Positions 25,795 through 34,918 of a stretch of 64,000 nt of DNA are shown here, piece after piece. Below the pieces are notes generated by a model. The model was given only the letters and a program-made list of their open reading frames with translations, searched no databases and was not told the origin of the DNA. Both the position numbers and the translations under genes were made by a program. The stretch is taken from positions 8,678-72,677 of the forward strand of contig DATAIT010000031.1 in assembly GCA_036262515.1 (NCBI GenBank), given 5' to 3'. Source of the stretch: Acidimicrobiales bacterium (lineage in GTDB: Bacteria; Actinomycetota; Acidimicrobiia; Acidimicrobiales; GCA-2861595). Numbering within the stretch: position 1 is the stretch's first letter; every line of letters begins with the position of its first letter.

Positions 25795-27162
25795 CTACGC
25801 TCCCGAGAGGTCGGGCGTCCCGGCGGGAAAGCGATCCACCCGCCGCAGGTCGGGGAAGAGGAGCCCCCAGGCGGCGGCGACGACAAGGGTCGCGGCGCCA
25901 CCGAGCACGACCGCTCCGGACGGTCCCAGGAGCTGGCCGGCCACGCCCGACTCGAAGGCGCCGAGCTCGTTGCTCCCCCCGATGAACACGTTCTCAACGG
26001 CCAGCACCCGGCCCCGCTTGTCCCCGGGAGTGACGAGGGGGACGAGGGTGGCCCGGACGAACACGCTCACGGCATCGGCCGCCGACAGCAGGACCATGGC
26101 CGCGAACGCCACGGCGTAGCTCCTGGTGACCCCGAGCACGATGGTGAACAGGCCGAATGCGGCGACCACGAGGAGAAGGGCGGGCCCGACCCGTCTCTCG
26201 AGGGGACGGCGGGTGAGCGCGAGCGTCACGGCGCCGGCTCCGAGGCCGCCCGCCGCCCGGAGCCAACCGAGCCCGGCGGCGTCGACGCCGAGGCGGTCGG
26301 TGGCGATGGCCGGAAGCAGCGCCACGGCGCCGCCGAACAGGACGGCGAACAGGTCGAGGGACAGGGCGCCGAGGAGGACGGGTACCCGGCGGATGAAGCG
26401 GAACCCCTCCACCGCGTCGCGAAGACCGGCCCTCAGCGGCGTCCCGCCGGCTGGTGACCCGGCCACCGCCGGCGCTCCGGCCGCCGCCAGGGCGTCGCCC
26501 GGCGACGCCGGTTGGACGGCGGCGGCCACCGACGTCCGCCCCGCATCGGTCGCCCGCAACGGCCGCACCACCAGGAGCGCAGCGGCGGCCACGAGGAGCA
26601 GCCCGGCTGCGGCGGCGTAGGGCAGCCGCACGTCCACGGTGTAGAGCACACCTCCCAGGACGGGCCCGGCCACGAGGGCCGACTGCCAGGCGAACGAGAA
26701 GCGGGCCACGAGCCAGGGGAGGCGATGGGGCGGGACGATGTCGCTCAGCAGGGCGCGTGACGCCGGTGCCGCGAAGGCCCTGGCGATGCCGAACCCGAAG
26801 ACGAGGCCGAAGATCGGACCGGCTGCCGTGGGGTGGGACCCGGCGTAGAGGCTGAGGGCGACGGCGACCACGGCCTCGGCGGCCAACGCCGACGATGCCA
26901 CCCGACGGCGGTCGTGGCGGTCGGCGACGGCGCCGGTCACGAGCACGAGCAGGGCGGCGGGAGCGAACTCGGCCAGCCCCACCAGTCCCAGGTCGAGCTC
27001 GCGCCCGGTGAGGTCGTACACCTGCTTGCCGAGCGACGTCACCTGCGCGGCGGTCGCCGCCATGCCACAGAAGACGCTGACGAGCAGCGCCACCACCGTG
27101 CGGTCCGGGGCTGCCGCCGGCGCCGCGCCCCGGCCGTCGTCCTCGATCCCGGCTCGCGTCAC
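25795..27162 (-). CDS. MFS transporter
   Basis: 455-aa ORF that is hydrophobic throughout. It has a central cytoplasmic loop and an MFS-like GAVADRHDRRR motif after the second/third helix. Confidence 0.8.
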   Translation of the reverse strand: MTRAGIEDDGRGAAPAAAPDRTVVALLVSVFCGMAATAAQVTSLGKQVYDLTGRELDLGLVGLAEFAPAALLVLVTGAVADRHDRRRVASSALAAEAVVAVALSLYAGSHPTAAGPIFGLVFGFGIARAFAAPASRALLSDIVPPHRLPWLVARFSFAWQSALVAGPVLGGVLYTVDVRLPYAAAAGLLLVAAAALLVVRPLRATDAGRTSVAAAVQPASPGDALAAAGAPAVAGSPAGGTPLRAGLRDAVEGFRFIRRVPVLLGALSLDLFAVLFGGAVALLPAIATDRLGVDAAGLGWLRAAGGLGAGAVTLALTRRPLERRVGPALLLVVAAFGLFTIVLGVTRSYAVAFAAMVLLSAADAVSVFVRATLVPLVTPGDKRGRVLAVENVFIGGSNELGAFESGVAGQLLGPSGAVVLGGAATLVVAAAWGLLFPDLRRVDRFPAGTPDLSGA

Positions 27163-27343
27163 GGCCGGTGCACGCTACTGCTCGAAGCCCCTCGCCCCCG
27201 CGGTCGATTCTCGCGAGGCGATCCCCGAGACGCCGTCCGGGGCGCCGGCTGCCTGCACATCCGCCCCTGTGGGGCCTACCCGCGCCTCCCGGTCGGAAAC
27301 GCTCGGTGGGAGGGGTGCACCGGCACTGGCAGCGGCAGACCGA

Positions 27344-27823
27344 TTACCACTCGTCCCGGAACGATCCGTCGGGGGGGACGGCCGCGCAGTCGTTGTCGGC
27401 GAAGCGCAGCTGGTCGATGCCGCCCGTCGTGCGGATCCAGTAGCAGCGCCCGGACCCGCTCTTGGCACCGACGAGAACCGTGTCGTTCGGCACCTCGACG
27501 TAGGGGAGGAGCTCCACGTACACGACGTTGCCCTTCGGGTTGAGCGCCGACAGGACCGTGGTGAACGAGAGTGAGGAGTCGACCGCCGACAATCGTGCGC
27601 CGTCATCGGTGAACTGCTCACCATCGGCGTAGACGATGAGCTCCGTCACGTGGGCGTTGCGCACGTTCGACTGGGCGGCCCGGTCGCTCGCCCGCTCCCT
27701 GGCCCCCAGGAACGTCGGGACGGCGATGGCGAGCAGGATGCCGATGATCATCACGACCACCATCAGCTCGATGAGGGTGAACCCCTCCTCCTGCCCGACG
27801 CTCGCGTGCTGGCGGACCTTCAT
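27344..27823 (-). CDS. type IV pilin-like protein (prepilin N-terminal cleavage/methylation domain)
   Basis: ATG 27823. Leader MKVRQHASVGQEEG followed by FTLIELMVVVMIIGILLAIAVP (G/F cleavage site, Glu+5). Two Cys lie near the C-terminus. Confidence 0.8.
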   Translation of the reverse strand: MKVRQHASVGQEEGFTLIELMVVVMIIGILLAIAVPTFLGARERASDRAAQSNVRNAHVTELIVYADGEQFTDDGARLSAVDSSLSFTTVLSALNPKGNVVYVELLPYVEVPNDTVLVGAKSGSGRCYWIRTTGGIDQLRFADNDCAAVPPDGSFRDEW

Positions 27824-27872
27824 GGATGACGATCGGCACGAGAGCCCCCGACCTTGATCTTCCAACGGGGCA

Positions 27873-28478
27873 TTGCCAGGTTTGGTTGACTTGAACGACG
27901 TGGCCGACGAACGCCGCACCGGCGAGATCGTCGCCGCCGAGGAGGCGGCGATGCTGGCACGGGTCGCGGGCGGGGACCGGGGCGAGCCGTTGGAGGAGCT
28001 GTTCCGTCGCTACGCCGGGCGCCTCTACACCCTCGGTCTGGCCCTCCTGGGCGACAACGGACTGGCCGAGGAGCTGGTGCAGGAGAGCTTCGTCCGTGTG
28101 TGGCGCCAGGCGGCGCGATTCGACCCGGCGCGCGGCTCGGTGGGCACGTTCGTGTTCGCCCTCGCCCGGCGGATCGCCGTGGACCTCTGGCGCCGCCCCT
28201 CCTCCCGCCCCCTGATCGCCGGCCTGGCGGTCGACCGGGCGCCGGCGCGGTCAGCCGACCCGGCGCCGGAGGTCGTCGACGGCGTGGTGGTGCGCCGGGC
28301 GCTCGACGCCCTGTCGCCCGCCCACCGGGAGGTCATCGAGCTCTCCTACGGCGGAGGGCTCACGCAGGCCGAGATCGCCCGCAGGGTCGGCGTGCCCCTC
28401 GGCACCGTGAAGACCCGCACCTATCACGCCCTGCGGGCGCTCAAGCAGCAGCTGGAGTCCCAAGGTGTCGATGCCTGA
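27873..28478 (+). CDS. ECF-type RNA polymerase sigma-70 factor
   Basis: Region 2 AEELVQESFVRVWRQAARFD. Region 4 LSPAHREVIELSYGGGLTQAEIARRVGVPLGTVKTRTYHALRALK. Start uncertain (TTG 27873 or GTG 27901). Confidence 0.9.
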   Translation: MPGLVDLNDVADERRTGEIVAAEEAAMLARVAGGDRGEPLEELFRRYAGRLYTLGLALLGDNGLAEELVQESFVRVWRQAARFDPARGSVGTFVFALARRIAVDLWRRPSSRPLIAGLAVDRAPARSADPAPEVVDGVVVRRALDALSPAHREVIELSYGGGLTQAEIARRVGVPLGTVKTRTYHALRALKQQLESQGVDA

Positions 28479-29208
28479 CCACGCCATCCCCCACCCCGAC
28501 GTCGCCGGCTACGTGCTCGGCGCCCTCGAGCCGATCGAGGCGGAGCAGTTCTCCGCCCACCTGCGAGGCTGCGACCACTGCCGGAGCGAGGTGGCCGAGC
28601 TGGCATCGCTGCGCACGGTCCTCGACCGGGCCATGCCCGCTCCGGTCCTGCCGCCGAACCTGGCGGAGCGGACCTTCGCCGCCATCGAGCAAGCGGCGAG
28701 GGACAGCGCGGCGCGGCGGACGGGACCAGCGCCGGCTGCGCCGCTCCGGCAAGGCCGCCGGACCCGTCGGGTGGGGCCGATCGCAGCGGCGTTGGCCGGC
28801 GTCGCCGCCCTGGTGACCGGACTGGTCCTCATGACCGACTCGTCGCCACCCACGCGCCAGGTCGTCCTCCTGGCGGCCGACGGTGGGGCGGCCCGGGGGG
28901 TCGTCCACCTGCACCGGGAGGACGCCGGCGTGGTGATCGAGCTGGCCGTGCGAGGGCTCCCCGTCCCGCCCGAGGGCTCCTTCTACGAGTGTTGGTACGT
29001 GGCCGGCGACGACACGCCGGACCACCCCGCCCGGGTGACGGCCGGAACGTTCACGGTCGCCCCTGCAGGCACCACCGAGGTGCAAATGACCACGGCCGCC
29101 GGCCATGAGCTATTCCCGGGCATCGAGGTCACCTTGGAGCCCGGCGACGGCGATCCGCGCCGGACCGGGCCGGCCGTCCTGCGCTCCGCCCCCACGACGC
29201 ACGACTGA
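28465..29208 (+). CDS. anti-sigma factor (zf-HC2, RskA-like extracytoplasmic domain)
   Basis: Overlaps the sigma gene by 14 nt. Motifs: HLRGCDHCRSEV (H-x3-C-x2-C), one TM helix (IAAALAGVAALVTGLVLM), C-terminal YECWYV...TLEPGDG block as in anti-sigma-K/RskA. Confidence 0.8.
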   Translation: MSMPDHAIPHPDVAGYVLGALEPIEAEQFSAHLRGCDHCRSEVAELASLRTVLDRAMPAPVLPPNLAERTFAAIEQAARDSAARRTGPAPAAPLRQGRRTRRVGPIAAALAGVAALVTGLVLMTDSSPPTRQVVLLAADGGAARGVVHLHREDAGVVIELAVRGLPVPPEGSFYECWYVAGDDTPDHPARVTAGTFTVAPAGTTEVQMTTAAGHELFPGIEVTLEPGDGDPRRTGPAVLRSAPTTHD

Positions 29209-29256
29209 CGCCTGGTCGGTTGAACCGAACCGGGTGCTCAACCCGTATCGGGACAC

Positions 29257-29943
29257 ATGCCGCCACGCCTCCGTCCCCGCCGCCCTGCGTCCGTCCTCGC
29301 CCTCGCCCTCGTGGCGGCCGTCCTGGCGCTCACGCACCTCGGCGCCGCTTCGGCGGCCACTGTCGGCGTGACCGTGGCCGACAACACGTTCACACCCGGC
29401 TCCGTCACTGTCACCGCCGGCGACACCGTCGTGTGGACCGACAGCGGGGCGAGGCCCCATACGGTCACCGCCGACGACGGCTCGTTCGACTCCGGGACCC
29501 TGTCGACCGGTGCCACGTTCAGCCGGACGTTCGACACGCCCGGCACCATCCCCTACTTCTGCAAGATCCACGGCGCCGCAGGCGGCATCGGCATGTCGGG
29601 CACCATCGTCGTCCTGGCCGCACAGGTCACGACGACGACCGCAGCGACCACCACCAGCTCGACGCCGGCGACCACGACCACGGCCGCGCCTCCCACCACC
29701 TCGGCCGGCAGCCCCGCAGGCACCGCCGCCAACGGCACGACGACGACCACGACCCGCCCGACGGCTGTGCTGTCCGCGACAGAGGAGCGCCCACCTGCCG
29801 CCGCCCAGCCGGCGAGGCTGGCCCGGACCGGAACGCCCACCGGAGCCGTGGCGGCGATCGGCTTGGCCCTCGTCCTCAGCGGCGCCGTCGTCCTGCGCGT
29901 ACTGCACCGGGGAGCCGGCACCGGCGGACCGCTCCGACGCTGA
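29257..29943 (+). CDS. cupredoxin (blue copper) protein with a Thr/Pro-rich stalk and LAxTG sortase signal
   Basis: Signal peptide ASVLALALVAAVLALTHLGAASA. Type-1 Cu ligand pattern ARPHTV...YFCKIHGAAGGIGMSG. T/P/A-rich linker. LARTG followed by a hydrophobic helix and RVLHR basic tail. Confidence 0.85.
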   Translation: MPPRLRPRRPASVLALALVAAVLALTHLGAASAATVGVTVADNTFTPGSVTVTAGDTVVWTDSGARPHTVTADDGSFDSGTLSTGATFSRTFDTPGTIPYFCKIHGAAGGIGMSGTIVVLAAQVTTTTAATTTSSTPATTTTAAPPTTSAGSPAGTAANGTTTTTTRPTAVLSATEERPPAAAQPARLARTGTPTGAVAAIGLALVLSGAVVLRVLHRGAGTGGPLRR

Positions 29944-30083
29944 CCCCGGGCCTCTCGCCCGGCATCCCGTTCGGACGGGCGGCAGGGCCGTGAGGGCAGG
30001 CGTGATCCCCCAAATGCCCGAATTGTTCTGGCGTTGGGCAAGAGTTGATCAACCCGGCTCCGGTCGGCGACGACAGGTTGGCC

Positions 30084-31025
30084 ATGACCAAGTACGTCGC
30101 TACCGTCGGTTTCTTCCTCGCCGCCTGCTTCGCCTTCGTCCCAGCCGCAGAGGCCGCCGACTGTGGACTGCTCGCCCTGCTCTCCCCGTGCACACCGGTG
30201 ACGCAGCCTGCACCGGCCCCCCTGCCGCTGCCCCTGCTCGACACCACGCCGACGACCGTGCCCGTACCCGATCCCGCCCCCGCCGCCGTCCCAGTGGCGG
30301 CGCCGGTCGCCGTACCGGTTGCCCAGAAGATGGCGCTGCCCGACGCCGCCGACCGCCTCCTCCAGCTGGTCAACGGAGAGCGCGGGCGCGCCGGCATGCC
30401 GGCCCTGTCCTCGAGCACGACGATCGCCGCCATCGCCACCGGCCAGAGCATGGCCATGGCGGAGCGCGGCGACATCTGGCACAACACCGCCTACTTCACC
30501 ACCGCCACCCACCGCCTGCTGAACGCCAAGGCTCTCGGCGAGAACGTGGCGATGAACGGGTCGCTCGACGATGCCCACAGCCGGCTCATGGCGAGCCCCG
30601 GGCACCGGGCCAACATCCTGAACGCTGGCTTCGACACCGTGGGCATCGCCGTGGTGCGGGACGCCAGCGGGATGCTCTACATCACCCAGGACTTCGCGGA
30701 CACGAACGGCCAACCGGCGGCGGCCGCCGCACCGGCCGCGGCCAAGGCACCGGCCGCCCGGCCCGCCACGGGCCCGGCGGCGACCCGGAGCGCGCCAGCC
30801 GCCACGGCCGGCACCGCCGCCGGCGGGACCGGGCCCGCGGCACCGTCGTTCGTGGCCGCCGCCGCTCCGGGCAGCGCGCTGGCGGCGGGGGTCGACGCAG
30901 CGGCGGGCGACAGCTCGGCGCCGCCCGCCCGCTACCTCTCGATCGGGCTGTTCGCCCTCGCCCTCCTCGCAGGCGTCGCCACCGCCGGGACGCAACTCGG
31001 GACCTCCGCCCTGGCCCGACGATGA
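30084..31025 (+). CDS. secreted CAP/SCP (YkwD-like) domain protein with an Ala/Pro-rich tail and C-terminal TM
   Basis: ATG 30084. Signal MTKYVATVGFFLAACFAFVPAAEA. CAP block LVNGERGRAGMPAL...HRLMASPGHRANILNAGFDTVGIAVV. C-terminal hydrophobic LSIGLFALALLAGVATAG. Confidence 0.8.
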   Translation: MTKYVATVGFFLAACFAFVPAAEAADCGLLALLSPCTPVTQPAPAPLPLPLLDTTPTTVPVPDPAPAAVPVAAPVAVPVAQKMALPDAADRLLQLVNGERGRAGMPALSSSTTIAAIATGQSMAMAERGDIWHNTAYFTTATHRLLNAKALGENVAMNGSLDDAHSRLMASPGHRANILNAGFDTVGIAVVRDASGMLYITQDFADTNGQPAAAAAPAAAKAPAARPATGPAATRSAPAATAGTAAGGTGPAAPSFVAAAAPGSALAAGVDAAAGDSSAPPARYLSIGLFALALLAGVATAGTQLGTSALARR

Positions 31026-31810
31026 TCCCGGTCCGCAGCGCCCGCGTCACCAGCACGGACGCCGAGCTGGTGGCGGCGGCGGCCGACGGTCAGCAGTCCG
31101 CCTTCGCCGAGCTCTATCGGCGGCACAGGGACAAGGCGGGGCGGGCGGCGCAGGTGGTGGCGAGCAACACCGAGGACAGCGCCGACGCCGTGTCCGACGC
31201 CTTTGCCGCCGTCTTCCGCATCGTCCGGGCCGGCCGGTTCCCCGCCGGCGCCGACTTCGGCGCCTACCTCCTCACCGCCACCCGTCGCAACGCGATCGAT
31301 CAGGTGCGCCGGGCCGCCCGCACCACGCTCCACCCCCACCTCGACCGGGGCGAGTCGGCCGACATGCGCCCGTCCGGGCGCGTGGTGGCCGTCGAGAGCG
31401 CGGCGATGATGGCCCAGGCCTTCGGCGGGCTCAGCGCGAACCTCCGCACGGTGCTGTACTTCACCGAGGTCCTCGAGATGCCGCTGCGTGAGGTCGCCGC
31501 CGTGCTCGGCATCACTCCGAACGCCTGCGCCCAGCGGGCCGTGCGGGCGCGTGCCCGGCTCCGCCAGCGCTACCTGCAGGCGCACGTCGCGCCCTCGGCC
31601 GACCGGGCCTGCCGGGCCACCGTGGCCAATCTGGGCGCCTACGTGGGCGGGGGGCTGGCGGATGGAGCCCGGGAAAAGGCCGACGCCCACCTGGCTGCCT
31701 GCGAGACATGCCGCCACCGGGTGGTCGAGCTGCGCCACATCGGATCGGTGCTCCGGAAAGCCGTGCCCCGCGAGGTGGACGGCACCGCCGGAGCTCCGGC
31801 TACCAGGTGA
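31022..31810 (+). CDS. ECF-like sigma factor fused to a C-terminal zf-HC2 (anti-sigma-type) motif
   Basis: ATG 31022 overlaps the preceding stop (ATGA). Sigma region 2 SADAVSDAFAAVFRIV. Region 4 LSANLRTVLYFTEVLEMPLREVAAVLGITPNACAQRAVRARARLR. Then HLAACETCRHRV (H-x3-C-x2-C). Confidence 0.75.
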   Translation: MIPVRSARVTSTDAELVAAAADGQQSAFAELYRRHRDKAGRAAQVVASNTEDSADAVSDAFAAVFRIVRAGRFPAGADFGAYLLTATRRNAIDQVRRAARTTLHPHLDRGESADMRPSGRVVAVESAAMMAQAFGGLSANLRTVLYFTEVLEMPLREVAAVLGITPNACAQRAVRARARLRQRYLQAHVAPSADRACRATVANLGAYVGGGLADGAREKADAHLAACETCRHRVVELRHIGSVLRKAVPREVDGTAGAPATR

Positions 31811-31888
31811 CACCTCCCGCCCGGGTGCGCCGGCGGGACGACACGGGCACGAGGGCAGCGAGCGAGGGCCCCGGCTGGCGGAGCGGCA

Positions 31889-31923
31889 CAACGCCCCCGC
31901 CGCAGGAGCGGGCGGGGGCGTTG
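31889..31923. terminator. strong GC hairpin in a convergent intergenic region
   Basis: Perfect 13-bp inverted repeat CAACGCCCCCGCC (31889-31901) / GGCGGGGGCGTTG (31911-31923) with a 9-nt loop. Confidence 0.55.
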
Positions 31924-31965
31924 CCAGAGCTCTTCGCCCGGCCGCCGGAGCGGGCGGGGCAACCG

Positions 31966-31988
31966 GCCGGGGCCTGAGGGGCCCCGGC
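31966..31988. terminator. second GC hairpin in the same convergent gap
   Basis: 9-bp inverted repeat GCCGGGGCC (31966-31974) / GGCCCCGGC (31980-31988) with a 5-nt loop, ending 6 nt from the stop of the minus-strand LPXTG gene. Confidence 0.45.
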
Positions 31989-31994
31989 AAGGCA

Positions 31995-32273
31995 CTAGGC
32001 CAGCGTCACGGGGCCGTCGTCGCGCCGGCGACGCGTGGTGACCACCAGCATGGTGCCGGCCAGCACCAGGGCGACTGCGCCGATCGCCATCGGGACGACG
32101 TCGGACCCGGTGCGGGGAAGCGTGTCCGCAGCCACCGCCGGAGCGGGGGGCGCCTCGACGACGACGCCCTGGACGGCGGGCGGCGAGCCGGCCTGCGCGG
32201 ACGCAACGCCAGGAAGGAGCGCCAGGGCCGCCAGGGCCAGAATCGCAACGGCCAATGTGAAACGACGTGTCAT
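31995..32273 (-). CDS. small LPXTG cell-wall-anchored protein
   Basis: ATG 32273 (MTRRFTLAVAILALAALALLPGVASA signal). Short Pro/Ala mature segment, LPRTG, hydrophobic helix, RRRRDD tail. Confidence 0.65.
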   Translation of the reverse strand: MTRRFTLAVAILALAALALLPGVASAQAGSPPAVQGVVVEAPPAPAVAADTLPRTGSDVVPMAIGAVALVLAGTMLVVTTRRRRDDGPVTLA

Positions 32274-32378
32274 CGAAGACCCCCACCACGAACGGGAACG
32301 GACTTCATTCTGACGCATAGCGTGGCGCTTGTCGAGCGCGCGCCCAAAGAAACCACTCTCCGCGCACTGAATGCCCGG

Positions 32379-34763
32379 TTACCGGCCCCGGCGGAGCCGG
32401 TTCAGCAGGCCCCCCAGCGGTCGATCGGCGCCCACCCGGAAGGTCCGGGGGCGGTCCATGGTGACGGTGGCGCTGGCCGACCCCGGCGCCGACGCGGTCG
32501 TTCCCGGGACCGTATCGACGGCCTCGTCCACCCTGACCCTCCATCCCGGCGCCAGCGAGACGGACAGCGTGGCCTGGTCGGGGGTCACGGTCGGCTGGCG
32601 CAGGACGTCGGCGCTGTAGTCGCCGCTGCGGATCCTGCCGCGCATCTGCAGGGTGACGGTGCGGGTGGACATCGACTGCACCGACACCAGCGCCGAGTAG
32701 ACGCGGCGACCGAGCTCGTTCTGGCGCGACACCTGGAGCACCTGCCCGTCGTCGACCGTCATCGTGCGCAGCTCGAGCGGGCTGTACACCGACAGCAGGA
32801 GCAGGTTCTCGCCGAACGCGGTCTGCGGCTGGCCGGGCGCGGCGAAACCGCCGAAGCCGATGACGGAGCGGGGCAGGCCATCAGTCGGCGCGTCGTTGCG
32901 CAGCTGCACCTCCAGCGTGGCCGACACGTCGCCCGTCGCCGGGTCGAACTCGGCGTCGTAGCTGTAGGCGCGGTGGAGGAACCAGTCGATCTTGTTCCCG
33001 TCGAAGTTCTGCGTGACGACACCGACGAAGTCACCACGCACCGGAGGCATCACCCCCGCCGCCCCGATGCGCTCGAAGAAGCGCTGCTCGGCCGGATGCG
33101 TGCTGGCCAACTGCAGGTGGCGGCCGGCCACCGCCGGAGCCAGGGCGTCGGCGACCTTTCGCGGCGACGGCAGCGTCGTCGACGTGAGCCGCAGGAACAC
33201 CGTGCGCGAGGCCACGTCGAGGAAGTCCACCCGCTCGGCTTCCGCCGACTCGCCGAACCGGACGTACTGGTCGTGCAGCAGCAACCTGGGGGCGTTCTCG
33301 GCGGTGAGCTGCTCCCCGCCGCCCTCCACCGACACCGGTCCGGTGAGGCGCAAGAGGGCGGCGAAGGCGAAGGGATCCAGGCTGATGACCCCGTCGACGG
33401 GAGCCCCGCCGGACTGCGGGTACAGCTCGGCGATCACCTGGGCAACTGACGGGAAGTCGGGCGACATCGTCACCGTCTGCCAGTAGAGGTTGGGCTTGAA
33501 GGGGGCGTAGCGGCGGACGTAGTCGGCCGGTCCGGAGATGCGCCGGGCCGAGGGTGTGCCACTGGTGTTCAGCTCCTGCGTACGCCCGAAACGGCCGAGG
33601 GCGAGGTGTCCGTCCTCGGCCACCAGCTCACCCCAGTTGCCGATGAGACCGCCGCTGGCGCGCGCTTCGGCAGGGTTCTGGACGGCGATGAAGTACCGGC
33701 GCGGCCCGTCGCCGCCGAGCAGCGCTGGCGCGTTCCGCAGCGCCAGCACGGCCGTCCCGGTGCGGTCCGACGCCGACCGGACCCGCTCCGTCAACTCGTC
33801 GACCCGGTCGGCGACCGGCGTCACCAGCCACGGCGACCGTGCCTCCCCCAAGCTGCGGCGGCTGCGCACCAGGCTGGCCATCGCCGCCTCCAGCGGGGCG
33901 CGCACACGCTCCAGGGCGCGGAGGTCGAAGCCCCCGTTGGAGAGCCGCAGGCTGTCGGGGTCGGCCTCACGGGCGGCCCGCGCGCCGGCCCCGGCCAGGT
34001 CGGCTCCTGCTCCCGCCAAGGTGCGCAGCGCTCGTGCGTGCTGGCCCACGAAGGGCACGGCCAGTGCGGGGCGGGTCCACCATGCCCCGATCGAGCGATC
34101 CGCCTTCTCGAAGGCCGAGGCGGCGCGACCGAAGCGGTCGGCAGCGACGGCCCGGTCGGCCTGCTCCGCGGCGCGAAGGCCGTCGCGCGCCGCGTGCACG
34201 CCCTCGTCGACCGACGAGCGGGCGCCCAGGGCGCCGGCCAGCCCGAGACCGGCGGCGACGGCCGACAGCACGATCGAAGCAGCCGTCGCCCGCGCCACGA
34301 TCCGGCGCGTCGCGGCCGAGGACCGGGCCAGGCCCGTGAGGAGCACGGGCGCGAGCACGCCGGCCGCAACCAGTGCCGACGTCCCGGTCGGCGCTGGCCA
34401 CTCGAGCCGCAACGCCGCCTGGGCCAGACCGGCGGCCGACAGCGCGGGCAGGACGGGCGCCGCCCGACCTGCGGCCAGCACGGCGGCCGACAGCCCCAGC
34501 GCGGCGCCACCGGCCACGGCGGCGGGCGACGACCCACCGCTGCTCACCACGGCCACGACGCCCCCGACGACGCACGCCGCAGGCCCCGCCCGGAGTCCGG
34601 CACCGACCATCGCCGCGCCCAGCAGGCCGGCCAGCACCACGTCGGACACCACGGACCCCGTCGGCCCGACCCCGGAGACCGCCGCCCCCACCGCCGACGC
34701 GGCGGCCACAGCGGCGACGAAGGTCGACGTGGGCACGAGCGCGCCCGGCGATGCGCCCCGCAC
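32379..34763 (-). CDS. DUF4012 domain membrane protein (actinobacterial cell-envelope glycan loci)
   Basis: N-terminal ~170 aa contain multiple TM helices. Block GGDGPRRYFIAVQNPAEARASGGLIGNWGELVAEDGHL is typical of DUF4012. Large extracytoplasmic remainder. Confidence 0.8.
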   Translation of the reverse strand: MRGASPGALVPTSTFVAAVAAASAVGAAVSGVGPTGSVVSDVVLAGLLGAAMVGAGLRAGPAACVVGGVVAVVSSGGSSPAAVAGGAALGLSAAVLAAGRAAPVLPALSAAGLAQAALRLEWPAPTGTSALVAAGVLAPVLLTGLARSSAATRRIVARATAASIVLSAVAAGLGLAGALGARSSVDEGVHAARDGLRAAEQADRAVAADRFGRAASAFEKADRSIGAWWTRPALAVPFVGQHARALRTLAGAGADLAGAGARAAREADPDSLRLSNGGFDLRALERVRAPLEAAMASLVRSRRSLGEARSPWLVTPVADRVDELTERVRSASDRTGTAVLALRNAPALLGGDGPRRYFIAVQNPAEARASGGLIGNWGELVAEDGHLALGRFGRTQELNTSGTPSARRISGPADYVRRYAPFKPNLYWQTVTMSPDFPSVAQVIAELYPQSGGAPVDGVISLDPFAFAALLRLTGPVSVEGGGEQLTAENAPRLLLHDQYVRFGESAEAERVDFLDVASRTVFLRLTSTTLPSPRKVADALAPAVAGRHLQLASTHPAEQRFFERIGAAGVMPPVRGDFVGVVTQNFDGNKIDWFLHRAYSYDAEFDPATGDVSATLEVQLRNDAPTDGLPRSVIGFGGFAAPGQPQTAFGENLLLLSVYSPLELRTMTVDDGQVLQVSRQNELGRRVYSALVSVQSMSTRTVTLQMRGRIRSGDYSADVLRQPTVTPDQATLSVSLAPGWRVRVDEAVDTVPGTTASAPGSASATVTMDRPRTFRVGADRPLGGLLNRLRRGR

Positions 34764-34918
34764 GATTGCCGCTCCCAGTGCGAAGCCGGCGGCGATGGCG
34801 AGAACTGCGAGCAGCGGGCGACCTCCTGGCGCGGCCGGCCCGCAGGCCGGAGCGCTCGATCCTACGTTCGTCGCTCCGCCCGCACCCCCGCCTGCTCTTC
34901 CGCTCCTATGCTCGATCG

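Noticed and set aside
29620-29770. Possible tandem DNA repeats in Thr/Pro/Ala-rich coding tracts (also 18200-18330 and 60180-60400)
   Set aside because: These are low-complexity coding regions (cupredoxin stalk, HU tail, T/P-rich protein) with biased codons (ACC/ACG/CCG/GCC). They do not have a fixed repeat unit at the DNA level.
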